Positions 30,648 to 41,506 of a stretch of 64,000 bases of DNA are shown one piece after another. Under the pieces are notes generated by a model that saw only the letters and a list, made by a program, of their open reading frames with translations, had not been told where the DNA came from and did not search any database. The position numbers were made by a program, and so were the translations under genes. The number at the start of each line of letters is the position of its first letter. The stretch's first letter is position 1. Location: IMG/VR virus record IMGVR_UViG_3300037067_004891, positions 320,001 to 384,000 of that record. The stretch is one strand, 5' to 3'. This DNA comes from a virus. Taxonomy: Duplodnaviria; Caudoviricetes.

Positions 30648-31718
30648 ATGATAACCAAATTTTTAAAATTCATAAACGAATCAATTAATAATAAAGTCAC
30701 TTTATATAGAGGTGATTCAATTTATATTGACAATTTTAATTATGAAAAATTTGATGCGAAAGCTATTTATGGTCTTGGGTTATACTTGACTGATAATAAA
30801 AGAGTGGCATATTCTTACACTTTAAAAGGTGATAATTCTTCCGTAGTCGTAGAACTGTTTCCAAGTTCTGAAAAGCAAAAAGATGCTGAATTATGTTTTG
30901 TTATAGAAAAACTTTTAAATGAAGTCAATGGGACTAATATATCTGATGACGAATTACATGATATTTTTGACACATTAAAGACATATGAATATGGATATGG
31001 TAAAGAAATGATTGAAAGATATAAAAAAGGTGATAAATTATTCTGGACTGATAAAGAAAAAACTGATAAACTTTCACCAGAAGAACGTGAAGAAACAATA
31101 AAAGAATATAATTTTCTATTAGATAGTATAGTAAATCATATTAAAAAATTAGAAGACGTTCACAAAAAATATGATGCTTTTATAAATAAAGCATTGGCCT
31201 ATTATAAAACAGTTAAAAACCAGTATGATTTTTTATATGATGGAAGTGAAAGTTGGAAAGTAATTAGTAAAGAAAAAAATATTGGTCATGTAAGTGAATT
31301 TTTAGTTGACCAAAATGTAATTGATAAATGTTATAATGCAAATATTCCAATGTCCGATGATATTATTAGTGTTTTAAGAAGAATGGTCAATCGTTATTTG
31401 AAAAATGAAAAAATTGTTAATTATTTAAAAAAACATTATTATTTCGTTAAAAAATTTAGTTTTAAATCTTTTATAACTTATATTTCTGATTATCAAAATA
31501 AAAATAATATAACACTGGCTAATTTTTTATATGAAAATAGTGTTTTTAGAGATAAAGATACTCACTTTGAAACAACTGAGTGGAACTATTTTACATCCGA
31601 AATGAAAAAATTAGGATATAAAGGTATTGTGTACGATGGTGGTGAACATTTAAATTCTCCAATAAAACATAAAGCTTATGTTATATGGGATTTGAATGAT
31701 GTAGAAAGAGTGAAATAA
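30648..31718 (+). CDS. ADP-ribosyltransferase (ART-PolyVal-like) with capsid-targeting-like N-terminus
   Basis: LYRGD...YGLGLYLTD...A..Y; LGYKGIVY...YVIWD; N-terminus MITKFLKFINE. Confidence 0.65.
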   Translation: MITKFLKFINESINNKVTLYRGDSIYIDNFNYEKFDAKAIYGLGLYLTDNKRVAYSYTLKGDNSSVVVELFPSSEKQKDAELCFVIEKLLNEVNGTNISDDELHDIFDTLKTYEYGYGKEMIERYKKGDKLFWTDKEKTDKLSPEEREETIKEYNFLLDSIVNHIKKLEDVHKKYDAFINKALAYYKTVKNQYDFLYDGSESWKVISKEKNIGHVSEFLVDQNVIDKCYNANIPMSDDIISVLRRMVNRYLKNEKIVNYLKKHYYFVKKFSFKSFITYISDYQNKNNITLANFLYENSVFRDKDTHFETTEWNYFTSEMKKLGYKGIVYDGGEHLNSPIKHKAYVIWDLNDVERVK

Positions 31719-31722
31719 TTAT

Positions 31723-33447
31723 TTAATGTGTATTACTCCAAATATATTTTAAATTACCTGCATTGTATATTCGGTATATATTTCTTTCTAACATTATTTC
31801 ATGTTCCGTTTTGTTAACATCAAATCCTTCTTTAATTAATGTTTTTTTACTAAACTCAACACTATTTTCTCGGTTTTCGTTTATAACGTAATAATAATTA
31901 GGTTCAGATTTATATAAAAAATTAAAACCTAATTTTTCATAAATTTTACCATTAAAATAACTTCTATCAACAAATGTTATTACTTTTTTAGGATTATAAT
32001 TGTTTATAAAATAATGAAATAATTTAGTTTCACCGCCAATGATATCTGTATTTAATTTTGAACAAATTCTTAACATTTCATATTCATTTGAATTGGAATT
32101 TGATATTTTTCTTTTTCTTCCGAATGTCATTAATAATACAAGCTCGTTATTATAAAATAAACCTATTCGAATTGATGATATTATGTTACCTTGAATATGG
32201 TTTTTTATTAAAAAATCTTTTGAATCAGTTGAATTTATTTCTTTAATAACACACTTCCCACTATAAATTTCAGTTTGTATATTAGATATTTTATTTGTTA
32301 TAATAGATTTTACTATGTCTTCTTTACGATTCCAATCATCTTCCCATATATGTATCAACTGAATATCTTTTTCTTCACACAAATCAGATTTCATCTTATG
32401 GTAATTATTTGGTTTGTATAATTCATTATGCCAATACACCCCATTAAACTCAAATGCTAAATTCAAATCTGGAAGATATATATCTAATTCATAAGGATGA
32501 ATTATTTTTTTAGAATTTGTTATGATTTTTTTATTATAAATACTTTCTATGAATCTTAATAGTGATTTTTCAGAATCGGATAAATTGTGTAAACCAATTG
32601 GATTACATATTGTACATTTTGTTACGTTTTGTTTCTTTCTAAGATAATACAATGGATTTGATATAATATAATTATGTTCTTTATTTAAATCACATTTTAT
32701 TAAAAAATTACCACTACTTATTATTTCAACTATATTTGGTATTTTATTTATGATATTATTTTTATATATCATTTTACATTTTTGTTTATAATCCTCTGAT
32801 TTAGAATAGTGGTCAACACCATGTTTTTCTAAACAATTATTTTTCATTTTTTCTTTAAATTCATCTGTTTGTGAATAGTGGTCAACATTATAATTTTTTG
32901 TTATAGTTTTTTTATATTTATCTTTAAATTCTTCTGTTTTAGAATAGTGGTCAACACCATGCTTTTCTAAGCAAGTATTTTTAAGTTTTTCTTTAAATTC
33001 TTCTGTTTTAGAATAGTGGTCAACACCATGTTTTTCTAAACATTTTTTACTTCTTTTTACTTGTATAATAGAAGACCCCATTGGATTTACAGAACCATAT
33101 TTTTCTAAATTAGTTTCTTTTATTTTAACTTTAATATTTTCATCTTTAAATACATTATCATACCCATATTTTAAATTGACGACTTCTTTACTTTTTATAT
33201 TTGAACATTTTGAACAGGCATATTTATTCAAAGATTTAATACTATTATTATAATCTTTATATGTCAATTCCTTTTCTTGTCCACAGTAATCACATTCAAC
33301 TTTTACTAAAGTGTGTGAACCTTTAGATAAATCTTCAGTATTGATATATATTTCACCATCCATGTGTGTAAAAATATAACCCAACTTCGTATATATGTTT
33401 TTATTATTTTTATTCCATTTCACTTTAACTTTTTTATCCAATAACAT
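31723..33447 (-). CDS. Hef-like homing endonuclease paralog
   Basis: CDYCG, four near-identical 23-aa KHGVDHYSK repeats, ELDIYLPDLNLAFEFNGVYWH, NHIQG. Confidence 0.75.
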   Translation of the reverse strand: MLLDKKVKVKWNKNNKNIYTKLGYIFTHMDGEIYINTEDLSKGSHTLVKVECDYCGQEKELTYKDYNNSIKSLNKYACSKCSNIKSKEVVNLKYGYDNVFKDENIKVKIKETNLEKYGSVNPMGSSIIQVKRSKKCLEKHGVDHYSKTEEFKEKLKNTCLEKHGVDHYSKTEEFKDKYKKTITKNYNVDHYSQTDEFKEKMKNNCLEKHGVDHYSKSEDYKQKCKMIYKNNIINKIPNIVEIISSGNFLIKCDLNKEHNYIISNPLYYLRKKQNVTKCTICNPIGLHNLSDSEKSLLRFIESIYNKKIITNSKKIIHPYELDIYLPDLNLAFEFNGVYWHNELYKPNNYHKMKSDLCEEKDIQLIHIWEDDWNRKEDIVKSIITNKISNIQTEIYSGKCVIKEINSTDSKDFLIKNHIQGNIISSIRIGLFYNNELVLLMTFGRKRKISNSNSNEYEMLRICSKLNTDIIGGETKLFHYFINNYNPKKVITFVDRSYFNGKIYEKLGFNFLYKSEPNYYYVINENRENSVEFSKKTLIKEGFDVNKTEHEIMLERNIYRIYNAGNLKYIWSNTH

Positions 33448-33570
33448 AAAAAATATTTTTATTTATTATAGATTAAATAAAAATATTTGTTTGAAATATG
33501 ATTTTTTTAATTTTTTATTTAATATATACGATTAATAAATTTAAAACATTAAAAAAATAAAAATATAAAA

Positions 33571-35229
33571 ATGCCTAAAATTCAAGGAAAACAATTAGCT
33601 GGAAATACAATAACACAGGATTTATTGAATTTAACTACTCCAAACTCAGGTGAAACGCTTAGTGGTGCAACAGTAGAGTATGTAAACAACGCACTTATTT
33701 CAGTAAGTGGTTCATCTGTTATTGGTCAGGCTGAAGACTCAGAAGGTTACATCGATGGTATTTTCACCGATTTTACACCAAACACCCCAGTTGGAGTGGC
33801 AATTGATAGATTTAATGAGATGATACTTTTGTTAGCTCCAGCCCCACCAAGTAATAGTTGGGATAATGTTTTTACTAATTTAATTTTAGGCGAAACATTA
33901 TATTCAGCAAGAGCTTTAACAAGTGGTAGTGCAGTTTCAAATATTACAACAATATCTACACCAACAATCAATTTAACAACAGACACAGTTGGAATAAGTG
34001 ATGCTGCAAAATCCTTACCAACAAGCACAAACACATTAACTTTTATATTAAGTGATAGTGTGAATGGTACACTCGAAACAGAAGTTATTAATTCAGGTAG
34101 TACTGGAGATGTAACTGGGTATATACGATACACTGTTGCTGATCCATATGATGGTCAATCAGGAAAACAAGGTTTTTGGACTGGTATAACAGCTTTTTCT
34201 GTTACTGGTGATATGTCACCAGCTTTATCCGCAAGTGCTACACAAAAAACATTAACTTACACTCACCCTGGTTCAGATTCACCCGAAACATTTAATTATT
34301 ATTATGATATTCCAGCAACTGTAACAATTGATACTATTACAGTCACTATGCCAGCTATGACAAGATATGTCAGTGGTGTGCCTTCTTTAGCAACTGGTGA
34401 TTCTATAACAGATATTGCTTTTAATATCAATAACGTTGCAAGTTATTTTTATGCATCTACCTCAGTTTGGCAAATAAACGCTGGTTTAATTGGTGGATCA
34501 ACTGGTGATCCAGATTCTATTCCAGTATCAAATGCTGAAACTGGTGTTGTTACAAACAAAACAGCAACAGTTTTAACTAATCAATATAGTGACACATCAT
34601 TTAGTTTTACTGTAAGAGGAAGAAATTTTATTGGAACATATGGTAGTAATGCTACTTTCACTGATAGTACTTATAGAGTTGATACAGTTTCTAATGAAAC
34701 TATACGTAGAGTATCTGGTACTGGAAGTTATCCAGTGGGTAGTTGGGGTGGTATATTTGATTCTACACAATCATTAATGGGAACTTATACATCAGAACTT
34801 ATGTTGAAAAACAACATATATCAATATCCTTCTGGTAATTATACAACATTTGGTGGCCCTGATTATTCAGGAGCTGCTGGAACTCGTTGGGTAACATTTA
34901 ACTTAGGTAATTTTACTAATAATGGTGCTTTTACTTTAACATTTGTCAATCCTGTTGGTATCACATCCATTGGACAACTTAACTTATTAGTTGAGATTAA
35001 AATATCTGGTTCAACTTATTGGGTTGATGGAAATACTGCTTATTCTGGTGTTGGAAATCCAGGTTCGACTGTTGATGGTGTTGCTGCTGTTGTAACTGGA
35101 AGTTCAACTGCTACTGCAAGAAGAATAACATTTGGTTCAATTACATATTCAGGTGCTATTATAGTAAGAATTGGTATAACTGGACTTGGTGTAACATTTG
35201 CTGGATTGACAGCAACAAGCTTAGTTTAA
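33571..35229 (+). CDS. Virion fibre/decoration protein (GKQ N-terminus)
   Basis: MPKIQGKQL; S/T/G-rich; paralog of 25594; TAATATATA at 33520. Confidence 0.7.
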   Translation: MPKIQGKQLAGNTITQDLLNLTTPNSGETLSGATVEYVNNALISVSGSSVIGQAEDSEGYIDGIFTDFTPNTPVGVAIDRFNEMILLLAPAPPSNSWDNVFTNLILGETLYSARALTSGSAVSNITTISTPTINLTTDTVGISDAAKSLPTSTNTLTFILSDSVNGTLETEVINSGSTGDVTGYIRYTVADPYDGQSGKQGFWTGITAFSVTGDMSPALSASATQKTLTYTHPGSDSPETFNYYYDIPATVTIDTITVTMPAMTRYVSGVPSLATGDSITDIAFNINNVASYFYASTSVWQINAGLIGGSTGDPDSIPVSNAETGVVTNKTATVLTNQYSDTSFSFTVRGRNFIGTYGSNATFTDSTYRVDTVSNETIRRVSGTGSYPVGSWGGIFDSTQSLMGTYTSELMLKNNIYQYPSGNYTTFGGPDYSGAAGTRWVTFNLGNFTNNGAFTLTFVNPVGITSIGQLNLLVEIKISGSTYWVDGNTAYSGVGNPGSTVDGVAAVVTGSSTATARRITFGSITYSGAIIVRIGITGLGVTFAGLTATSLV

Positions 35230-35281
35230 AAATGAAATAATTTTTTATTAAATATAAAACAAAAAATAATATAATATAAAA

Positions 35282-37411
35282 ATGGCTTTAACTCCCGAAC
35301 AAAAATCAAGTAGGCTCTTTAAAAAATCCCTTGGTGCATCAGAATCTTTAACAACTAAAGATTTTTTTGAAGAAGCTAAATTGGGGAAAACATCTATATT
35401 ACCAAGTCAAATATGGTCAGAAGCTGCGAGTATACCAAACACTGCTCCAACACTAACAAATAATCAAATTGATGGTGTAGTTCAGTTTTTTGAAAAACTT
35501 GCTCTGACACATATTCCTGGTTCTACAGATAAAGCATATTTCCATGAATCTTTAAAAAATTGTATACCATTTAATTTTGGAGATGGTTCCTATAACTATG
35601 GTTTATATAAAAGTGATGATACCACTCAAATTGCATTCGGTGAAGGTGATTGGTTAATTGATACCGAGGCTGGAGTATTAACTTTTTATGGTACGTTACC
35701 TACTGTTGTATCAGCAGCAGCACCACCACATCTTACTTTTTATAAATATGTGGGTGCATTAGGTTTACCTTCTGGCTCAACTGCTGGATTAAACGTTCAT
35801 GATTCAGTTAAATATGCTACAACTGGACAGACTGATGCCACATATTCAACTGCTACTACTGGATTTACAACATTACCTTCTAATGTAGATGGTGCAACTT
35901 TGTTTGATGAAGGTGATAGAATTTTAATAAAAAATCAAGCAACTGCATATGAAAATGGTGTTTATATTGTAAGTGGAACTACACTTGTAAGAGCTGAAGA
36001 TTCGAATGGTCAACCATTTGGTGAAGTTTCACTTAATGATTATGTTTTTGTAACATCAGGTGCAACAAATATTGCAACATCATGGGTTATTGGGAATTCA
36101 AGTTCATTAAATTCACAAGGATATATAACAGTTGGTGTTGATTCACAGATTTGGACAATTTTCGCAACAAGTAAAGCTTATAGTGCAGATGGTATGGCAT
36201 TAAAATTAAATGGTAGTGAATTTGGTATTGATTTGGATGATACTGAATTTAGTGGTTCAACTTTTCATAATTACAATTCTGGTTTATATCAGAGTATCGA
36301 TGGATTAAGACTTGCAACACCTGTTGTTACAGATATATTTGAATTGAGTGGTATAACAACTTCATTAACAAGTGATTTGTCATCATTAGAAACTGTTATT
36401 AGTTCAGATTATGCATCTTTATCAAGTGCAATTTCAACTGAATCTTCTACAAGAAGTGATGAAACCACATCTTTAGAAACATCAATTAATACATTAACTG
36501 GTCAAACAGCTTCATTATCAACTGCTATTTCAACAGAAAATTCTGGTAGAGAATCTGCGGATACGTCCATAATAACTGCTATTAATAATTTGAGTGGTGT
36601 TACTGTTCAGACTGCTGGTTCAGGTTTAACATTTGATTCTTTAGAACAATCATTAAATGTGAATGTTGATGGTTTAACTATTGAAATTTCAAGTGATATC
36701 TTAAAAGTAGCAAGTGGTTATACAACATCTTTAGAAACATCAATAAGTAATGTTACAACAGGTCTAACATCATTAGAAACTGTCATTTCAAATAACACAT
36801 CAACTATTACTGTTTTAAGTGGACAAACAACATCACTATCTACTGCAATTTCAACAGAAACATCAAATAGATTTTCTGAAGTTTCATCATTAGAAACTAT
36901 TATTAGTTCAGATTATACAACTTTATCAAGTGCAATTTCAACTGAATCTTCTACAAGAAATGACGGTGATATTTCATTAACAACTGCTATTAATAATTTG
37001 AGTGGTGTTACTGCTCAGACTGCTGGTTCAGGTTTAACATTTGATTCTTTAGAACAATCATTAAATGTAAATGTTGATGATTATACAATTAAAATTGTAA
37101 ATGATCAATTGAGAGGTGCGCAAATTTGGATTCAATCGACATATTCAGCTACTATTGTTTCTGGAACAACTGGTTCAACAGGTTTAGTTTTAGCATATGA
37201 ACCAATAACACCAGTTCAAGCCAGTGTAAATGGAGTCGAATATCTAATAAGTTTAACTACAACAAGTCAAACAAATATGCCATTCTATTTTAATGCAGCA
37301 CCAGCAGTACAAGGTTCTACTTTATACTATGATGCCTCAGAAGCTGGTTTTGGTATTGATACTGGAGTTGATTTAATTATTATTAAATATTCATATATTT
37401 CTTTAGTTTAA
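35282..37411 (+). CDS. Fibre protein with SLST coiled-coil repeats
   Basis: GDRILIKNQ...ENGVY...RAED tail-fibre motif; SLSTAISTE.S.R repeats; internal near-exact DNA duplications. Confidence 0.75.
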   Translation: MALTPEQKSSRLFKKSLGASESLTTKDFFEEAKLGKTSILPSQIWSEAASIPNTAPTLTNNQIDGVVQFFEKLALTHIPGSTDKAYFHESLKNCIPFNFGDGSYNYGLYKSDDTTQIAFGEGDWLIDTEAGVLTFYGTLPTVVSAAAPPHLTFYKYVGALGLPSGSTAGLNVHDSVKYATTGQTDATYSTATTGFTTLPSNVDGATLFDEGDRILIKNQATAYENGVYIVSGTTLVRAEDSNGQPFGEVSLNDYVFVTSGATNIATSWVIGNSSSLNSQGYITVGVDSQIWTIFATSKAYSADGMALKLNGSEFGIDLDDTEFSGSTFHNYNSGLYQSIDGLRLATPVVTDIFELSGITTSLTSDLSSLETVISSDYASLSSAISTESSTRSDETTSLETSINTLTGQTASLSTAISTENSGRESADTSIITAINNLSGVTVQTAGSGLTFDSLEQSLNVNVDGLTIEISSDILKVASGYTTSLETSISNVTTGLTSLETVISNNTSTITVLSGQTTSLSTAISTETSNRFSEVSSLETIISSDYTTLSSAISTESSTRNDGDISLTTAINNLSGVTAQTAGSGLTFDSLEQSLNVNVDDYTIKIVNDQLRGAQIWIQSTYSATIVSGTTGSTGLVLAYEPITPVQASVNGVEYLISLTTTSQTNMPFYFNAAPAVQGSTLYYDASEAGFGIDTGVDLIIIKYSYISLV

Positions 37412-37429
37412 TACACGTTAATTGTAATA

Positions 37430-37477
37430 TTTTTTATAATAAAAAAGAGGATTTTACCTCTTTTTTATTATAAAAAA
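37430..37477. terminator. Perfect 21-bp inverted repeat, probable terminator
   Basis: TTTTTTATAATAAAAAAGAGG-ATTTTA-CCTCTTTTTTATTATAAAAAA. Confidence 0.75.
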
Positions 37478-37598
37478 TGAAACAAAAATAAACAATTCAC
37501 CAAAAACATATTCAAACAAATATTAAAAATATTTGAATATTAAAATATATAAAACGTTGATTATTTTTTTTAATATATAATAAAAAAAAATATTTTTT

Positions 37599-39533
37599 AT
37601 GAAAATAAAGGGTAAACAGCTCGATGATAATACTATTTTTCAAAATAATTTATCTTTGACTACCCCAGTATTTAATACAGATGCAGCAACAAAAGAATAT
37701 GTAGATTTATTATCTTCGACAGAATATATTAATGTATCCAATAAAGGGATGGCTGCTATTTCAACTTCGGGTATAACTGGTGCTACAATAGCTTGTAATA
37801 CGTCTATATCAGAAACACCAACAACAGGTTGTTATATTATGGTATTAATCAATAAATTACAAGTTGATGTTGGAATTGGTAAAGAATGTTTTTTTTCTAA
37901 TGATGGTGGAGTTACCGCAAGAGTTTCTGGTGAAGAACAATTAGGTGATTTTTTATATTGGAATACAAATATTGCACCATATGATTTAGAAATAACAGAT
38001 GAAATCGATTTTATTTATATTAAAAGTGAATCGGCTATATCTGGTACTACAAACACTGAAACAATTTCAAGGACTATTTATGTTAGCCCTACGGGTAATG
38101 ACGGAACTGGTGATGGAAGTATATCACTACCATTTGCAACACCATTACGAGCTTTCATGAATATTAAAGAAGTAATAGGAGAGAACATTGATATTACAAT
38201 TAATTTTGCATCAGGTATTTACACATGGGATTGTGCTGCAATAAGAGAAGAGACAAGAAAAAAATATATAAGTAAAGCTGCTGGAATAATAATAAATGGA
38301 ACATCGGTCACTGATGTAAGTGGTTTAACTATAACTACAGTGGGGGGAGATACTCCTTACATATATAATGTTACGGGAGCTACTTTTACTACAAATCAAT
38401 ATCAGGACTATTTTATAAGTGATGAGGCAATTTGGTATCCTATTGTTAAAAATGGTACAACTACTATTAATAGTAATATAGCTGCTGCTGGTCATACTCT
38501 GATAACACATAACGGGGTAACATTTAATTTAACTGATACTGATATGGGTATTATGTCTAAATGTCATTCTACTGGTTCTGTCACTTTAAATATTACTAAT
38601 GTAAATTTAATATCGACAGTAACAGTAAGATTAGTATTTGGTGGAGTAATAAATTTATATTTCAGTAAAATAGTAGGGGGATTCGTTACTTTTCCTTTTG
38701 AAACAGGAAGATTAAACATACGTGGTTGTGTTATTGCCACGAGTGCAGGTGGGATTATTTCAAATAATTCACTTCAAATTAGGCACACTTCAATTAGAAA
38801 AACAGGAAGTAAAGCAGGACAGGGCTTAACCTTATGTAGGTTAAATGAAAAAACAAATTTTTTGTCTGCGTATGGCGTTTATATAAGTAATTTTGCTGTG
38901 GGGATTTATTTTGATGCAGATGGAGGAGCAAATGATATGAATCAGGGTAGTGGATCATTAATTTTAGATAATTGTACGGATGGTTTTGGTATTAGAAATA
39001 ATTGTTTTATTCATTTTTCTGCTGTAGAATCAAAGGTCTATATTATAGGAGTAACTAACTTAATAAATAGAGCAGCCTCAAATCAAACAATGCTGTGTAA
39101 TTATGGAGTGACAATTCAAGATTTGTATGGTACACCTACAAACTGGGCAACATCTTACATAACTGCAAATGGTTATAATAATCCTGGGCGAAATATAGCT
39201 ATAAATATTGAGGGACTGTATGGGGAATTTGAATATAATAAAACTGCTACTCTGGCAAATAATTCATCTGGTACTACTGTAATTGGTTCTACTACACAAA
39301 ATAAATCGATATTTATTAAATATACGATAACAAGAGGAACTACACAAGAACAAGGCACAATATGGGTTAATAATAAAAATGATGTTGATATTTCAATCAA
39401 ATCTGAATTTGATGATTGTGGGGTTACATTCGGTAAACAAATATCAAGTACTGCAATTAATTTAACTTGGGTAACGACAAATACAGGAACAGCAGCAACA
39501 TTTAGATATGATATTGACAGAATAATGATATAA
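37599..39533 (+). CDS. Fibre/tailspike-like protein (GKQ N-terminus, FSNDGG module, beta-helix-like body)
   Basis: MKIKGKQL, DAATKEYVD, TIYVSPTGNDGTGDGS..PFAT..RA. Confidence 0.7.
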   Translation: MKIKGKQLDDNTIFQNNLSLTTPVFNTDAATKEYVDLLSSTEYINVSNKGMAAISTSGITGATIACNTSISETPTTGCYIMVLINKLQVDVGIGKECFFSNDGGVTARVSGEEQLGDFLYWNTNIAPYDLEITDEIDFIYIKSESAISGTTNTETISRTIYVSPTGNDGTGDGSISLPFATPLRAFMNIKEVIGENIDITINFASGIYTWDCAAIREETRKKYISKAAGIIINGTSVTDVSGLTITTVGGDTPYIYNVTGATFTTNQYQDYFISDEAIWYPIVKNGTTTINSNIAAAGHTLITHNGVTFNLTDTDMGIMSKCHSTGSVTLNITNVNLISTVTVRLVFGGVINLYFSKIVGGFVTFPFETGRLNIRGCVIATSAGGIISNNSLQIRHTSIRKTGSKAGQGLTLCRLNEKTNFLSAYGVYISNFAVGIYFDADGGANDMNQGSGSLILDNCTDGFGIRNNCFIHFSAVESKVYIIGVTNLINRAASNQTMLCNYGVTIQDLYGTPTNWATSYITANGYNNPGRNIAINIEGLYGEFEYNKTATLANNSSGTTVIGSTTQNKSIFIKYTITRGTTQEQGTIWVNNKNDVDISIKSEFDDCGVTFGKQISSTAINLTWVTTNTGTAATFRYDIDRIMI

Positions 39534-39556
39534 ATATAAAATATAAAATAACAAAA

Positions 39557-41413
39557 ATGTCAAGAATAAAAGAACCAAGTTATAAAGTAACAACAACTAA
39601 TACTGATGGTATTATATTTAATTCAACAAATGGTGGAAATATAGTATTATCAGCAACTACGGGTATTATAATATTATCAGCACCGAGTGGTGTTACAAGC
39701 AGTGGTGATTGTAGTTTATATTATACTGATAGATCATTTGTAGATAAGGGATATGTTGATAGTAAAACAATTTCGGGTGCAACAAATATTGGAAGTGGTA
39801 CTACAATATATAGTGGAATAAGTGGTCAAACATTGATATTTAATACAATTATTGGGAGTGGAAATACAACAGTTCAAAAAATTGGAAATGAGATTATAAT
39901 AGCAACTGTTGATGAAATTGAAACAGTTTCAAGAACTATTTATGTAAGCACTACGGGTGATGATGAAACTGGTACGGGATTAATAGCTGCACCTTTTAGA
40001 AATATTTTAAGAGCGTTACAAGATATAAAAGATAATGTAGAGGGGGTAACAATAACAATATCTTTAGGAGGTATTGGTGATTTTCCTGTAACTTACGATG
40101 AAATGTATGAGTTAGCTAAAAAGACTTTTATAAATTCTATTTTAGAAATTACAGGTTCTGATTATACTACAATTGAAAGTGGATTTACATTAACTAAGAC
40201 AGCAAATAGGTGCTTTGCTTATACACTTACAAAGGCAGGTGTAACAGTAACAATTGATCAGTATAGAGATTATTTTATTTCTACGGGTTCAGCATATTAT
40301 CCTATAGCTTATAATGCTTCTGGTACAACTGCTTTTGAGGTTGAATATTTGCATGAGTCTTCGTTAACACCAACATCAATTATTGAGTGGGGAGCAACAA
40401 TTACAAATCCAGGTAATTTCACTAATTTATTAGATTTAAGTTTAAAAAATAATTCAATAATTAGTTTTAATAATCTTAATTTTAATAATGGTACAAACGA
40501 TCTTGCTATAAGTAATTCTTATAAAGAATTTAATAACATTAAATTTAGTTCGTTATCTATAAAAATAGGAGATAATAGTGCTTATTTGTCAAGTCAAAAT
40601 TTTATAAGTTGTATTTTTATAAATTCTGCTACGGTTAGTAATTTTTTCATATTAGGTAAAAAAGCAAATACTTTATTTACTCGTTGTTTAATCGAAGCTA
40701 AAATGACAACTCAAGCTGCTTTAGTATTTAACGGAAACAACATAACAAGTGTCAATAATGCTTTTTATATAAATGGAAATAATGTAGGAACTGCAATTTA
40801 TAGTAAATTAACAGCCAATAATTATTTCTCCGTATCTTATCGATTAAAAGTAAAAGGTTTTACTAATTTTTTGTCAGCACACCGAAACATGGTAATTACA
40901 GCCCAAAATAGTGCCTCTGTATTTTATACTGAATTTACTAATGTTACTAATTTATTAAGTAGTGTTCCAACATTTGGATTAAAATTAGAATTATCTGGAA
41001 TATATGGTTCATTGCCAACTAACATTATTAACGGAGTAACGTCAGGCTACATTTTTGTTGACCCTAAGAATGATATTCACATTTCAGTTCCTGGTGTTTA
41101 CGGTGAATATGAACCTTCGGTAGTTGTTACTCTCGCAAACAATTCAGGTAGTACAATTATTGTGGGTGATATAACACAAAACAAATTTTTATATATTGAC
41201 TATACTATTTCTCGTTCTGGTTTAACTGAAGGTGGTACTATATTAATGACCAATAAGACAGGTACTGATATAGTAGACAACGATGAATTCGATGATACTG
41301 GTGTAACGTTCACAAAAATAGTTGTTGGTAGTTCTATCAATTTAGGGTGGACAACAACTAATACTGGATCATCTGCCATACTAACTTTCAGTGTGAGACG
41401 AATTTTAACTTAA
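39557..41413 (+). CDS. Fibre/tailspike-like protein, paralog of 37599
   Basis: VDKGYVD, TIYVSTTGDDETG; shared C-terminal TLANNS...EFDD.GVTF...W.TTNTG. Confidence 0.7.
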   Translation: MSRIKEPSYKVTTTNTDGIIFNSTNGGNIVLSATTGIIILSAPSGVTSSGDCSLYYTDRSFVDKGYVDSKTISGATNIGSGTTIYSGISGQTLIFNTIIGSGNTTVQKIGNEIIIATVDEIETVSRTIYVSTTGDDETGTGLIAAPFRNILRALQDIKDNVEGVTITISLGGIGDFPVTYDEMYELAKKTFINSILEITGSDYTTIESGFTLTKTANRCFAYTLTKAGVTVTIDQYRDYFISTGSAYYPIAYNASGTTAFEVEYLHESSLTPTSIIEWGATITNPGNFTNLLDLSLKNNSIISFNNLNFNNGTNDLAISNSYKEFNNIKFSSLSIKIGDNSAYLSSQNFISCIFINSATVSNFFILGKKANTLFTRCLIEAKMTTQAALVFNGNNITSVNNAFYINGNNVGTAIYSKLTANNYFSVSYRLKVKGFTNFLSAHRNMVITAQNSASVFYTEFTNVTNLLSSVPTFGLKLELSGIYGSLPTNIINGVTSGYIFVDPKNDIHISVPGVYGEYEPSVVVTLANNSGSTIIVGDITQNKFLYIDYTISRSGLTEGGTILMTNKTGTDIVDNDEFDDTGVTFTKIVVGSSINLGWTTTNTGSSAILTFSVRRILT

Positions 41414-41506
41414 TGAGAATTTTTAGTTAAAAATTGATCATATTTTTAAAGTGGTAGTTCATTAAGAAACCTTTTTATTTTTTTTTGTGTGTTAAAAATT
41501 TATGTA

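Noticed and set aside
36381-37078. Diversity-generating retroelement TR/VR pair
   Set aside because: Both copies are in-frame within one gene, differences are not adenine-specific, and there is no reverse transcriptase in the window
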